A stretch of DNA of 63,343 nucleotides, counting the filler, from Sphacelaria rigidula (lineage: Eukaryota): the NCBI GenBank assembly GCA_964200075.2. It is 7 parts of 7 records of this genome, joined end to end, with 100 filler letters (N's around TTAATTAATTAA, not from the genome) between each part and the next. Parts side by side here need not be neighbours in the genome. Positions count along the whole stretch, not along the records: positions 18,129 to 27,092 come from CAXNAA020009631.1; positions 27,193 to 36,155 come from CAXNAA020009632.1; 5 more parts are not named here. One strand, given 5' to 3'. Of the stretch, positions 23,632-36,255 are shown piece after piece. Position 1 is the first letter of the stretch, and each line of letters begins with the position of its first letter. Below the pieces are notes generated by a model. The model was not told where the DNA came from and did no database searches. It saw only the letters and a program-made list of their open reading frames with translations. Both the position numbers and the translations under genes were made by a program.

Positions 23632-24765
23632 CTGATCCATGGTTTGTGGGTCAACAGGAATTTTGTGGTGAGTGCATACATGCGAAACTATAGTAGGGTT
23701 TTGGGGAGCGGTAGGAGTAGATGTGCACCAGGAGGCCGACGCGACACCATATTCACCCTCGGATAATGACACATACACATGGTGGTACAGAGGTTCCTAA
23801 GCCACCTCTATCTCACCACATATCCACTTCACACCAATGTCGACTGGTGCATACGTATGTCCCATCAATGCGCCTGGCTAAGGCGTTTACTTTATAAATA
23901 TCCGTAGCCCATATAAATTAGAAGCCTGCAGCACCGCACGTGATGTAGGGTGAATTACAGTCAGTAAATGTACACCCTTCCAACGCAAATAGCCCAGATG
24001 AACACCTTTTCAACGCACACAACGATGTCATTGCTGTGGGTTTAGGGTTGGGCTCAGGGTTAGCGATTTGAGGTCGAGGGTTGGGTGGGGTGGTGCGTGC
24101 TACGAACCATAAATACGCATGCGTAACACGCACAATTGGTGGAAATCTCTGGGTATACATCAGGATACAAGGGTGCAGGTGGTGTTGCATCGGCACACGG
24201 GTGTAGATCAGATATCGATTTTTTCGGTTTTGGAGGGGGACGAGGGGGGTAACAGCCAGGTGTTCGACTGCCAAGTGATCCAATGAGAGTGCTAGCGCTA
24301 CCATCGACATGACATGAGATCACGCCTCCTGTCAATAGAAACAACGGTACAGTGCACATAACACGAGGTGAACCTCCCTGTCCAAACGACAGAGAGGATG
24401 TACTCCAAAACAGTCACCGCGGAGAGGCACAATGTGAGATGCGATTTCTCGAGGGGTTCCTCTCTTCACCTTGCGACGAGAAGCTTTTATGCAAATATTC
24501 TGCTAGCCCAATCATGAAAAAAAAAAATGCCTTAAAAGCATCCTGACAAGAAACACACACACACACACACATGCCCACAAAACCCCGCAATACGTCCCAT
24601 ATGGGACCACTGTACCCCGTGGCTAAGCAGCCGGCGGAAACCCTACACTATCTCACCATTCTATTTGCCGGAAGCTCCAACACAGCCACAGACTGCTCGC
24701 CCACTAAACCTCGTGAATCAGTAAATGCAAATACTACGTCGTAGAATCGGATACACGAGCCTCAC

Positions 24766-24990
24766 CAAGAGCAGAAGCAGCACCGTTAGGAACACGCCTG
24801 AAACCCACAAACCGAGCAGTCCCTCGGGCAGCTTCTCGCACAGCTGGTCGTACACTGCCGCCTGGTACAAGGAGTTGATATTTCTGCAGGATGTTACGAC
24901 CGCCGCTTCGTCCAAGAGATTCCACGCCGTTTCCATGTCATTGTCGATGCTCACCACCGAATCTTCCAGGTCACTGCAAACTCCCACCGC
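24766..24990 (-). CDS. TTYH: Tweety (TTYH)-like membrane protein, penultimate exon
   Basis: tcgcAG|GCG...TTG|GTGAGG, 75 codons. TSCRNINSLYQAAVYDQLCEKLPEGLLGLW resembles the Tweety C-x6-Y-x-C-x4-GL pattern before the last TM helix. Confidence 0.8.
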
Positions 24991-25789
24991 CTGCGATAAG
25001 TGTTCATGGGTTGCGCATGAACGGGAGAGATGTTGACGAAACATGACATCGGGTGATGTGATCGAGGTGGTCCACGGAGGAGACTGACGAATCTCCCGCA
25101 CTTTCATACACCCGCAGGTAAAGTCACGCCATTTTCATATAGTGCCGGGTGTGCGCTTGGGACTCGTATGGTTGATACCATATCAAGCGGAACTCGATGT
25201 CTGTCCGTCAAAAATCTTGCGGACAGCAGCGGAGATCTACTCAAGGACCGGGAAACACCGCCCACAGGCATAAGGTATATATCCTTTGGTGACTGACTCA
25301 GCACAGGAAGCAGGTACATGGCGATGAGGTTATTGTAGAAACGGAGACAAGCACGAGTACCCCAAAACATTTCAAAATTTCGAGCCAATGTTTCGTGTAC
25401 ACAACAGGTTGCGGTATATGCTCGGGGTGAATTACACAACATTTAGGATTTTCTAGTCGACGGCCAGACGAACGCCAACTTACACTACTCGAAAACTAAG
25501 GGGAGGGGGGAGACATAACCTCCGGTCGATATACAAGCAATTTGGATTGTTGAAGCGTAGCTATCCACTAGTACGGCCAGACATATAAATCGGACTGTCC
25601 ACACAGGAGCGGTAGTTAAGAGTGTCGGCAACGGAAGTGAAAACAAGACGAATCACTACCAGCATGATATGTCCCCAAGGCGTGTCGCCGTTAGAACGAT
25701 TCCTGGATCGGACGGCAGAAGTTATCTATATTGTGGCTGTGCTGCCATGGGCCAAAGAAAAAAGCAGGGCAACCGGGAAAAAAACTCAC

Positions 25790-25992
25790 ATTATACAGCA
25801 TGGGCAGCGCAGATGGGATTACTTCCACCACCGTTTCCTGGGCCGAGGCAATCATATCTACGGCGGTGTTCTCCGTCGTGCAGTTCCCAGTGTAGTAAAG
25901 CAACAGCTCTTCCACGGCGTCACCAGAGTTGCTGTTGATGATAACTTCATTCGCATTTGCGTCTGGCGAGATGCAGAAGTCTCCAGACAGGG
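25790..25992 (-). CDS. TTYH: Tweety (TTYH)-like membrane protein, internal exon (upstream exons not found in this contig)
   Basis: tcgtAG|CC CTG...AAT|GTGAGT, encoding SGDFCISPD...LLYYTGNC, the Tweety DFCxxP...YYxxC signature. Phase 0 joins the next exon. Confidence 0.8.
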
Positions 25993-27092
25993 CTACGATT
26001 CGCAGACACAAGAAAAAAAACATGCGGGTGGGAGGGTGTCGAGGGGGAGGTTAAGAAAACCCGGAGGTGGGGAAAGGTAATATATATATATACACCGTAA
26101 AGCTCTTCAGCTGGTCTGTGGGGCGTGCTGTAGGAAGTGCCTGGCGCACGTAAGAGAACGGTCGACGACTACATTCACTCAGCTGCAGTACACGCAAACC
26201 AAAAACCAAAAATGACTGGGTGCGAGGAACAAAAAATTTCGCAAAAAAAAAACGTCGCGTCGATGCGAACGATTTCGAATGAGCAGTGCAGGTACACCGA
26301 CCCTTTGACCTCTAGCACCATTGCAGAACAATTTCACCCGCTAACAGTCCAGGGGTTTCACTGTCTTTGACGGGGGCACGGGGGGGGGGGGGGGGGGGGC
26401 ATGGAGGCGCCCCGCTCGTCGGGGCGCCCCCCCCGCAACAACACCTTTTTTTTCCGCGTTTTCTGTGGGGGGGCCAGCAGGCCTGAAGAGAATGGGGTAA
26501 ACGTTTTGATATGTGTAGGTTGCTGGGACGGTGCAAGTTCCCCTACAAGTTGCCGAATATCGCCCACCTGGGGGTGAAGCTGGGTTTCACCATTCGAACA
26601 TCAACCAGACAAACACACACAAAAAAAGGGTGCCTCTGTTCTCTACACATTTTTGCCAGCCACCTACCCCCTCCTCTGTTGTCAAGAGGTGCGCACTCTT
26701 GTCGCACAACACTGAGTAGAGATAGAACCACAGTATAATGTTGTACTGCCTGTGCGTGCAACGGAGAGCAAGGGTACTAGACCATTGCCTGTAGTGTTAC
26801 AAGACGGCCCCAAGAAAACACAAAACAGCAAGGCGGCGTGAAAGTATGAAATATATACAGTATGTACCCGGTATATAGCAACAGACCAAACCAAGGAAAC
26901 GTTATCGTATAACGTAGGCTTCCCGATGCGAAATACGAAAAGTACGTACGAGTACGGAATGAGGTAAACAAACGAAAAAAGTACCCCTGAAACGCCACCG
27001 ACAGTCATGGACAAAAACAGGTTTAAAAGGGAGGAGAGGGGGGGGGGGGGGGGGGGCTACTTTTTTTTTTTTTTCTTTTGTTTTTTGCCCAT

Positions 27093-27192
27093 NNNNNNNN
27101 NNNNNNNNNNNNNNNNNNNNNNNNNNNNNNNNNNNNTTAATTAATTAANNNNNNNNNNNNNNNNNNNNNNNNNNNNNNNNNNNNNNNNNNNN
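27093..27192. other. Artificial contig spacer
   Basis: N44-TTAATTAATTAA-N44. Confidence 0.98.
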
Positions 27193-29395
27193 GTACTCCA
27201 GAAAAACTCAGAAAAAAGGACGACTACGAATTCTGAAAACTTCTGACGCTGACTACTATAGAGGTGATGGACAGATCTGGGGTATGGTTCCACGTATCAT
27301 GTTCCTGTGCGAAAAGAACAATTTTGGACAATCCTCACCTGGATCAAACCAATTTTTTCGTCAGAACTTTCTTCACCCCCCCAAGTGGTAACCTCGGTGC
27401 AGTTGCTGCTGGATCCTTGTGGGCAACTCAAATTGGATCTCGGGACATATGGAACATGCACCCCGTGCTCAGGTGTTCAGACACTAATGGATAATGTGCA
27501 CATTGTGGGAAAGGTCGCGAGTGTGCGAGCATCCTCTTGCTTTTGCCACTGTCGTGTCCGAAGAGCGGAACTTCGCACTAGTGGGGCCTGAGCACCGCCA
27601 CAGAGAAGCAGCGTGCGAATAAATATATATGTTCGTTCGCTGCAAAGCTGTTTGCTCGAAGGAAACATAACCATATCATTTCAAGAGTAACCGCAGGGAC
27701 GCATGCAGAGGTTTGAGACACAATTCAATACGAGAGCACATGAAACTGGGAGCCCCACTGCCCCCGCGAACGAATAGCTGCTGATCAGCTGTGCACGTGA
27801 TCGTAACATATGCGTTGCCTTGGTCGAGTATAGGTTGAGAATTGAACGAGAGAAACAACAGCAGCGTGTCTCAGACGCGCGTCGGAAGCACGAATAAGAC
27901 GTGAGGGCCAGCAGCGACACATTTTCGCTTGAAATTGGCACGCACTCAGGCACCCTGCCCCAAACACTGAACAGATTTCCGCCAGGCTATAGGGCTATAT
28001 AGCGGCAAAGATACTGCGCATGATCAGTCGGCGTCTGTATGTGATTTTTTTCGAGTGCCGATGTGCACGTGGCGTGCTTTCTTGTCATGTCTTCCCTGTA
28101 CGAGAACAGAGATGTTCGACCGACGGTCACCACACTGTGATACTGGAACCGCGGCATTTTTATTGAACCGGCACGCAGACGACCTGGCTCGAGCAGACAC
28201 GACGCAACCACCGACAGTCCATGGGAAATCGTGTGTGTTGCAAGAGAGGGCAGCTCCAATTGGTGCTGAAGATTCTGAGCTGAGCAAAATGTACTGCGCC
28301 TATAGCACTGTAGACATTCGGGATTGCCAGGGCCTTGACGCCCTGTCTTTCGAGACAGCAATGGAAATGCCAAGAGCAAAGCAGGGGCGTCGAAAAGCAT
28401 TTTTGTGCATCACCGCAACCAGAGCGCCGGGCTTATGGTTGCGGCGGCCAACCAACATGCTTTTATCGACGCTTGCTTGGTCTCCGGTTCTTTCGCTGTC
28501 GATCGGCATCATTTCACTCCTAGTTTCTGTTTACTAATTGCTTCCGTTTCGTTTTTCCGTCGTTTCAATTGGAAATTCTTCCGATTCCACAAATAAATGA
28601 ACACCTCCGGCACCAAATGGGTTTACCGCCTTTGATCGCCGGAGGCGTTATTCATTTTGTTGTTATCGCCGTCGTGTTCACGTTGAAAACCAGGCTCATC
28701 TCTTCGCAGTACTTTGTACCATCATCTGCACTGACCCATCTATCTGATTCGGACGCTTTCCGAGTTGGATCGGCGTTATCGTGACGGAGATAAAAAGTCT
28801 TACTTGCATCCAAAAAGATCAAGGCTTGCCACAGCAGTGGCGACCCGTGTATACATATATTCAAGATTGTTTCGAACTCGGGTGCAGACTCTTCTACTGG
28901 TCGCGGAAGAATGTCAAAATTCGCCAAGGGAAGTGAATCGCCACAGTTCAGGTATATGAATGTGGCAAAAAAGATGACGAAAACGGTTATTCATTCATGA
29001 CATTTTGTCGCCACCAGCAGCCATTACCCTGGCTGCAGCCACTCACGTGACCGGCTTTGCATGTGTTGATGGCTCAATTAATTACAGTACGTAAATATTC
29101 GAGGTTCACAAGATGAAAAACGAATGAACGTTGGTTTTCTACTGCGTGGTGCAGTTTTTGGGGCGAAGTGCCCAGGCCAACCTGAAACTATCGTTTGCCT
29201 TCCCTCTAGAAAAAAAAGATTTTCAAACGAAAAAACAAGTGCCGACCGCATGTAGTCTGTTTGTGGTCGCTTGACCCCCCCCCCCCCTCCGCCCCCCTTC
29301 CTCTACGATCAGTCACAAATATTGGTCGCCACCTTCATCATCGCCTCACAAGCATCAGCAGCAACAACAAGCTAGGGTGTCGCCAACTCATCGCC

Positions 29396-29476
29396 ATGTC
29401 TTCTAGCAAGATTAACTGCGGAGCAGCAGCGTTGGGTCTCTTGTTCAGCGTTGGAATCGTGAAGGCTGTTCCCACG
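29396..29476 (+). CDS. Alpha-carbonic anhydrase exon 1 (signal peptide)
   Basis: gccATG...ACG|GTGAGA, MSSSKINCGAAALGLLFSVGIVKAVPT. Confidence 0.75.
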
Positions 29477-30420
29477 GTGAGATGGTGGAGAAAAACGTTG
29501 CCCAGCATTTTCCCGAGACGATTTCACGTTGGGGCAATCGTATCCCGAAGTACTTTTCGCCCTGATTGCAAGGCTGTCAACTCTTACGTTGCATAATTCC
29601 GTGATGAAGCCCCGTCTCCCGCCCCGTCTCCCGTGCCTGTCTGTATGTCCCCCACGCTCGCTCGCTTGCTCGCGATTGACATCATTTCGTGCGACCATCC
29701 ATGGCACTCACCGCGGCACGGCCACGCCAAACTTTATGCGCATGATTCGATCTGTTACTGCGCAAAAAAAAAGAGCCTGACCAAGAACAAGTTCCCAGAA
29801 CACACCATCCTTTCTGCAGATGCAGGTACTGTATGTACCGTGTATTTGAAGCAGTGCGTTGCGTTTCTTTCGCTTGGGGTCGCCAAATGCTATTATTGGC
29901 ATTCACGTCTGGGTTCCTTGGGAACCGCTCCAGACTAGTGCATATATATTGACATGAGAGTTGTTCAGCATGTCTACTTCCGTACTTTATCAGATGTTAG
30001 TGCAGAAATTGTCCTGTGCGCCCGGCGACGGCATCTCGGGTATTTCTGGAGGGCCCGTAACGAGTGCTGGCCGCATGTCCACTTTTTGCGAGTAGTGTTT
30101 GTTGCGTGGGGATGCGTCTCTATACGTCGATATCTTCATCGAAGTTGCAAATCAAGTACATACTGTCAAATCAGGTAGTTGCTCGTGGCTTCCTGTAAAC
30201 CTGAGGTGGTGATTGAGTGAGAGTAGACCATGTTGACGTTGTTTTGGCAGGCTGGTCGGTCCTTCCTTCAACTGTTCTCGCTGCACGCGGTGTGCCGTCG
30301 CGGTGCTGCTTGCCCATATTTTTAGTCGTACTCTTGAGTGCAAACGGCAGCAGCGGTGGAGGGGGTGCCGGGCGTTTCAAATGTGCCACGGACACGCCTC
30401 AAAATGGGTTGACATTGCAG

Positions 30421-30478
30421 ATTGTTTATGAGCTTATCCCTGACGAGGATCGAATACCTCGAGAGGTCGGCGACGAGA
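30421..30478 (+). CDS. Alpha-carbonic anhydrase exon 2
   Basis: ttgcAG|ATT...GAG A|GTAAGA, IVYELIPDEDRIPREVGDE. It supplies the phase 0 to 1 change needed between exons 1 and 3. Confidence 0.65.
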
Positions 30479-31296
30479 GTAAGAAGATATCATGATGGGA
30501 TATACAACCTACAAAAATATAGAGAACAGAGATGGAGACATGGCTAAAACGAACGATTCTGTGTGTGTTGAGAATGGAAATCTTCCTCGAAAACACCTGT
30601 TGTGGCGGCCCGGCGCCAATTTTTACGCGACAAGAATAGACACTGGACCCGACGGACCATCATCCCACCTGTACTTGTGGTACGCTTCCGGGAGGACCCC
30701 ACCTCAATTTTTCTCCGATCCCGGTTCGAGTTTGACCAAACTTTTAAAAAAGCAGCAGAGTTTTATACTCCGAAATACAGAACAACTCATTTTTTGCATA
30801 TATGTTTCATATCCGCATGAAGCCTGCTACAAGTCCATAAAACCATCGCGGGAAAATGTTGGGCAGGGACCTTTTCCGGGAGCCCTTTTTCGACGACAGC
30901 GGGGGAAGATCATAGCTAGTCCTACACACGGCATGCTGGTGAATTTCACCCCATCTCTGCGAAAATTAGCCATGCATGGTCGGATATATGCCCATTTCTT
31001 GCTTTAAGCGATCTTTGAATAAGGGTCAGGGGCGTGGTCATTCCACGGACTGGCTCGAATGGCTTTGAATAACATCGACCCTGAGGTGTCTTGAACTACT
31101 TAGCGGTCCCATGGGCACGCGGTCCCCCCACGCATCACATTATTAGTATAAAAACGTGTTTTGGATGCGTTCAACGTCAAGACGAGAAAAACCAACTGTA
31201 TGAGGTTTTCGAGTTTCTCCACCAGCTTCGTACGTTGTTCCTTGGACTACCCTGCAACGCATCATTTTTTTCTCTTTTGATGCATTTTGTACCGCC

Positions 31297-31513
31297 TGTA
31301 ATGCGTGAGAGGACCGCGAGCTTCGAGGATCGCATCGGAATTTGAACATCCCTATGGTTAGGGTTAGGGTTAGTGTTAGTGTTAGTGTTAGGGTTGTGGT
31401 CAGGGGCGTGGTACCTGCAGGGACTGGCCCGATTGGTTTTGAAAGACGTCGATCCTGGGGTGTTTTGAACTACGGCGCGGTCCTCTAAGCACGCGGTCCT
31501 CTCACGCATTACA
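31297..31513 (-). mobile_element. Second copy of the 217-bp telomere-repeat MITE, in carbonic anhydrase intron 2
   Basis: Same TIRs and length as 8322-8538 in the opposite orientation. TSD CCGCC at 31292-31296 and 31514-31518. Internal ggttagggttagggttagtgttagtgttagtgttagggtt. Confidence 0.93.
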
Positions 31514-32759
31514 CCGCCTTCCAGAGGTATTCACACTGGGACTCCCGGAATGTGGTACAGAACGGAGCAACCTTGGAATATGGTCAATGATATGTGAAGA
31601 ATCAATTTGTTACTTTTATGTACTTCCATTCGGAGCATCAGTACGTACGGAACTGTCAAGCTTGAGGGTGAACTTATTTATCTACAGCACACACACATAT
31701 ATACATATGTCCGGGAAACCGTCAAGGCGCCCCCTGGGTCTTCGTGCGCATTAGATGGGCTACGCCAAAACCCCACATCACCGAAAAAACACCATGTAGT
31801 CATGCTACAATACAGGGCGGGAGGGGGGGGTGTTCGATTCCACGAAAAAATGGGCTCATGGGTGCTTCAGACGACTTAACACACTCGCGGTGCGCTTGTA
31901 TTCGGGTAGGAACGGTGTCGAGACGTACAAATAAGCTTCGTTTATCGGGAGCAAGCGCGTTCGAACAAACGTTACTGCCATCAGCGACGATTGCAAGTAG
32001 AATTTCATGGAAGAAAACGATCCAAAACACCCCTATCGTGGTATGACTCAACGTTTTCGGGTATATTATCCGACCTCGGTGTAACATTTTTTCCATCTTG
32101 TTTTTTAGGGTAGAATGTCCAGCTGATGACGGTTACAACGATTTGAAGCACGTGGAGATCAGGTGAAAACTGGGCTTGAAATCCTTATTTTCGATGTCAC
32201 AACAAATTGAAGGGCGCTGATCCCGGCCGAGGTACCTTTTCGTCCTTGACGCCACCATAGCCTTAAGCACAAATCTGGCTGTGCCGCGCTCTTCAGCTGT
32301 CCAAACCGGTCAGTAAGATATCATGTATGCGGCAAATGGGAAGGAATTGCGAAATGGATTTACTTATAAAAAACAATTTTGGGTGATGGCCGTGAACCAG
32401 CCTGTACTGTAGATGAAATCGATACGGAAAGAGCACGACGTTTTCCGCTACCCTTGATCTGCACGAAACGACTCTTCAACTCTCTCCTGGTTTGTGATTC
32501 ATACATTTATACCGCCTTTCCCACTTGCTCCCCAACTTCGATCCGTACGACACGATTCTTACGCACTTCCTCGACTTGTTATTTGAATGAGAAAAGTGAA
32601 CGGTAACTCCCATTATTCATTTCGTGCAGGAGGTGTGCGTGCATGAGGTGATTTATGCTGCGTCTTACTCAGCCTAGTTCAATACCGTGGCGACTGTTTC
32701 CCACCGTTGAGCCACGTGTCATGCATTCTTCCCCCTTGGGCATGTTACACGACTCGCAG

Positions 32760-32814
32760 GCCCGGCGTATACCTACCGCTCTACGCATGACGGGATCGAT
32801 CCCTACGGACCCAG
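32760..32814 (+). CDS. Alpha-carbonic anhydrase exon 3
   Basis: cgcAG|GC CCG...CCC AG|GTGTGT, PAYTYRSTHDGIDPYGP(S), the YxY...GPxxW N-terminal motif. Confidence 0.85.
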
Positions 32815-32969
32815 GTGTGTGTGCACAAGACGGTACACACTCGGCTATTTGGATACCCCAAAATTCCTCCAGACAGAGAGGCCAATTTTCGAGCCTCCCG
32901 AGGGTTTGAGGGCCTCCAGGAGAATCAAACGCCTCCAGAGGCGGACTCCTTGGCTTCGTCCAAAGAGAT

Positions 32970-33090
32970 TCAACAAGCCCGTTCGAAAAAACGTCGCTGC
33001 TTTCAACGACGATTTGACTTGGAATTTCGTACAGGAAGTGGACCAAAATGTCCCCCCACCCCCCCCCCCCCCATCGTAGGATGGCTTTCG
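32970..33090 (-). mobile_element. Partial diverged copy of the MITE family at 44072-44315
   Basis: gatttgacttggaatttcgtacaggaagtggaccaaaatgtccccc...atcgtaggatg aligns to the reverse complement of about 44075-44170. Confidence 0.65.
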
Positions 33091-33286
33091 TACAAGCCCG
33101 AAGGGCCCCGTTGTGGCGCAGGAGCTTGTAACTCTACACGACCCTGGAGTACCTCATGAAAACAATCGCGGAAACTTGTGTTGCGAGGTGAAATAGCCAT
33201 CGAGTTCACACCAGATTCGTAATTCGTTCGTGATTTTCCCTCCATCCCCCCCCCCCTTGTCGATTACCCGCCTCATCCGCGTCCAG

Positions 33287-33371
33287 CGAGTGGTACTTGG
33301 GATACCCGGAGTGCGGTGGTGAAGAACAGAGCCCGATCAACCTCTCCCTTGCAATGGAGGAAGCTGCGACG
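33287..33371 (+). CDS. Alpha-carbonic anhydrase exon 4
   Basis: gtccAG|C GAG TGG...ACG|GTCAGT, EWYLGYPECGGEEQSPINL (C-G-x-QSPIN motif). Confidence 0.92.
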
Positions 33372-33706
33372 GTCAGTCGTGGTAGTACCGCAAGACGTAT
33401 TTCATGTACCGAAGTTGTAGTCTCTCTTTCACATGCCAAAACAGAGTAAGTAGGTACTTTCTCCGTACTTATATGTTGCTGCGAAAAAATATTCCCGCGT
33501 AGTAAATGGTATAGCTCGTCGTTGCCTTACGTCACCGCCTGTTTACTCAATACTTGAGTTCTCACGTCACGAAGCACAACAGCATTTTTTCCCTGTCGAC
33601 CCATCTTGCGTCTTCTTTATCCCCGTGTTTTTTCCTCTCGCTCTGGGATATCCGCGCGCTATCGTCCCCTCACGACATGCCATGAACTGCTGAACAACAA
33701 AAACAG

Positions 33707-33790
33707 CCGGAACAGTATGGCCTTCACTTCACTCCAACAACGTGTCAGTCTACTGACCTCATCTACGAGGTCGACGGTGACTCCTACAAG
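33707..33790 (+). CDS. Alpha-carbonic anhydrase exon 5
   Basis: aaacAG|CCG...AAG|GTCTGA, PEQYGLHFTPTTCQSTDLIYEVDGDSYK, phase 0-0. Confidence 0.8.
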
Positions 33791-34154
33791 GTCTGAAACT
33801 TGTGTATCCCACGACGTGTTGGACACGCACACCCAGCAAAAACACGTGATACTTCGGCAGTTGTGTGTTACGTCACTTCGTCTAGTCATTCTTTTCAAGG
33901 TCACCGTCACATCGACACAGGAGGAGAGTACGGCAGGCTACTGTACAACGGCGTGGACGGAGATGATCAGACGATAAGAATATACCCGCAGGTATAGCGG
34001 ATGTGGAAGAAACACTTGCGTGCTGTGTTGGGTACTTTTTGCAATGGAACACCTGCTCACCCTCTGAAATAAAGTACCGTCGCGCCCCGTCTCTCATCCT
34101 GTCCATGGCCGATCACCCGGCTTGTTGTTGATGTTGCAATGCGGAAATCAACAG

Positions 34155-34253
34155 GTGGATTACTCTGGGTGTGCAGCACCGCCCTTCTTGTCTTTCCAGG
34201 ATCAAACCTATACGTTCCTACAGCTGCACATACATTCCGTCTCCGAGCACAGG
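34155..34253 (+). CDS. Alpha-carbonic anhydrase exon 6 (Zn ligands HxH)
   Basis: caacAG|GTG...AGG|GTAAGC, VDYSGCAAPPFLSFQDQTYTFLQLHIHSVSEHR. Confidence 0.92.
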
Positions 34254-34801
34254 GTAAGCCCCAACACCTGTATTACCCATGTATTGTTGGTCATCCCCTT
34301 GAATACATGGATGCTCGTCTCCCTACAGCTGCGCAAATATTGTACCTGCTTCACGTTTTCATCTATCCGATTGGCGTTCTGCACTGTCCACAGAGGATGG
34401 ATCTTTCAAGAACGATGTTGAGGAGAGCCCTCGTTTCGACTCGTATCCGAATGTAACTGAAATGGTGGGGGTAATGTTTCCAGTAGCTCCTATCCCGAGC
34501 GCGCCGGAAAATGTTGCCCCCACTCGTTTATTGATGTAGGGCTTGTGATATAGGGGTGGACTGCAACGTTTCGCGCCACGGCTAGGATCACTCTTGCTTG
34601 TTGGTGACCATAGGTGCAGGTCGATCATCGCGTGTTCCATGTTTGCTTAGTTGACGGAGGCACCAAACCTCGGGGCTGTGACCCTAGACAGCTGCCAAAA
34701 TTCCTCGGGGGTAAGGGGCAAGCGAGTCAGTACATTACCGTACATGTCACATTTTGGAAGAGTTTAATGTCGCCCAACTCTCCCATGACAAAAATGAACA
34801 G

Positions 34802-34921
34802 ATCGGCTCCACCCACCATGATGCTGAAATCCACCTTGTGCACCTTCAAGATGGAACAGACAGCTCGCTGTTGGTGGTGGGCATTCTCATTGACTCGTCC
34901 GAGTATGGAGACAACGAGGAG
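34802..34921 (+). CDS. Alpha-carbonic anhydrase exon 7 (third Zn ligand)
   Basis: gaacAG|ATC...GAG|GTGAGA, IGSTHHDAEIHLVHLQDGTDSSLLVVGILI. Confidence 0.93.
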
Positions 34922-35413
34922 GTGAGACGAAGTATGTGGCCATCTGTGGGTGCACACTAGCTTGCATGAATCCTTGTCATATCCCGAAGGCAGCGCAAAA
35001 CTAGCCACACCGATGAACAGAGTGGGCCGAAAAGTTTCAGGAGAAGGAGGGGGGCGGGGGGGTGGGGAGGGGATATAACTGTGCTTAACTTGAGGTGGGT
35101 CGACGAAGCTCGTATCAACACACGTGCAGTGTCGGTAGAGCGGAGTGCGTACTTTGCCGAGATTCTTGGACTCTCATCTCCCTCCTCTCCCCCCTGCCCC
35201 ACCTCCCCGAAAGTACCTCCCCATTGATGGAGTAATTTGATATTTTAATCGTGGGATATGCGGGCGAGTATGCGCAAATATTGTACCTGCTGAGTGAATA
35301 GTGGTTTTTGTTCATGCGAAGCAGATTTTTACGGAGACCAAGATTCCGAATGCGGGTTGTGTTCCTGCTGCGCAGTGTCGGTCGTTTCCATAACTGTCGA
35401 AGCGTCGGCTCAC

Positions 35414-35745
35414 GAGCAATTCTACGGTAGGGGTGCACCTTTAGCACGAAATCTTGTCTGGTTCAGGGGCTCCTGAAGATTCCAGAGCGATGCTCTACGG
35501 TAGGGGTGCACTTTTTGCGCGAAATCGTGTCTGGTTCAGGGGCCCCGAACGATTCTAGATGCACAAGAATATGGGTCAGGGCATCCCCGTTTGCAAATCC
35601 AGCGGGGATATCTCCAGCACACTGGAGTAGTAGTTCTAGCGTACTCTCACACACCTTCATAAGTCGTGTTTTGCATGAGATGAAGGGCTCCTAATAATTC
35701 TAGCCCCAGAATATAGTTGTGTGCACCCCTACCGTAGCATCTCTC
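35414..35745 (+). mobile_element. Second copy of the GAG-ended MITE with a tandem duplication of its first 70 bp or so
   Basis: Homologous to 15463-15718. The left end is present twice (35414 and 35485), and the outer flanks are TCAC/TTAC. Confidence 0.85.
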
Positions 35746-35885
35746 TTACGTACGTGCTGGGGAGCTAGCTGCACGAGAACGTCCATCAAACGTACTCGGG
35801 TAAATCGTTTTTGAATTCAACTTTTCATCTCATGTTCCCACCCCCCACTTTCTATTGATATCGAAACACTATGCGCTTGGAGCAG

Positions 35886-36029
35886 ATCGAGAACCTGTGG
35901 TCGGTCCTCAACGTCGGTGACCGTAATACAACCGAGGAGGCCTTCGCATCTGATGTGTACGCCATGCTTCCGGCTACCCCATCTTACGCTCACTACACCG
36001 GCTCCCTGACCACCCCGCCGTGCTCAGAG
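35886..36029 (+). CDS. Alpha-carbonic anhydrase exon 8 (gene truncated by the contig end)
   Basis: gagcAG|ATC...GAG|GTGAGA, ...MLPATPSYAHYTGSLTTPPCSE. Confidence 0.95.
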
Positions 36030-36155
36030 GTGAGACAGCTCATGAACGTTTGCCTCGGGAGTTTTGTTGCAGTAAACCTTGAACGCACTTTGATACTGTT
36101 GGAAATATTGGTGGCTCGTGGCGTTTGGTACTGTTCTCGAAACAGACCGACTACT

Positions 36156-36255
36156 NNNNNNNNNNNNNNNNNNNNNNNNNNNNNNNNNNNNNNNNNNNNT
36201 TAATTAATTAANNNNNNNNNNNNNNNNNNNNNNNNNNNNNNNNNNNNNNNNNNNN
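36156..36255. other. Artificial contig spacer
   Basis: N44-TTAATTAATTAA-N44. Confidence 0.98.

Noticed and set aside
32109-32162. Candidate extra carbonic anhydrase exon (ttttttag...CAG|GTGAAA)
   Set aside because: Stops occur in the frames tested from a phase-0 start, and exon 30421-30478 already gives a consistent model.
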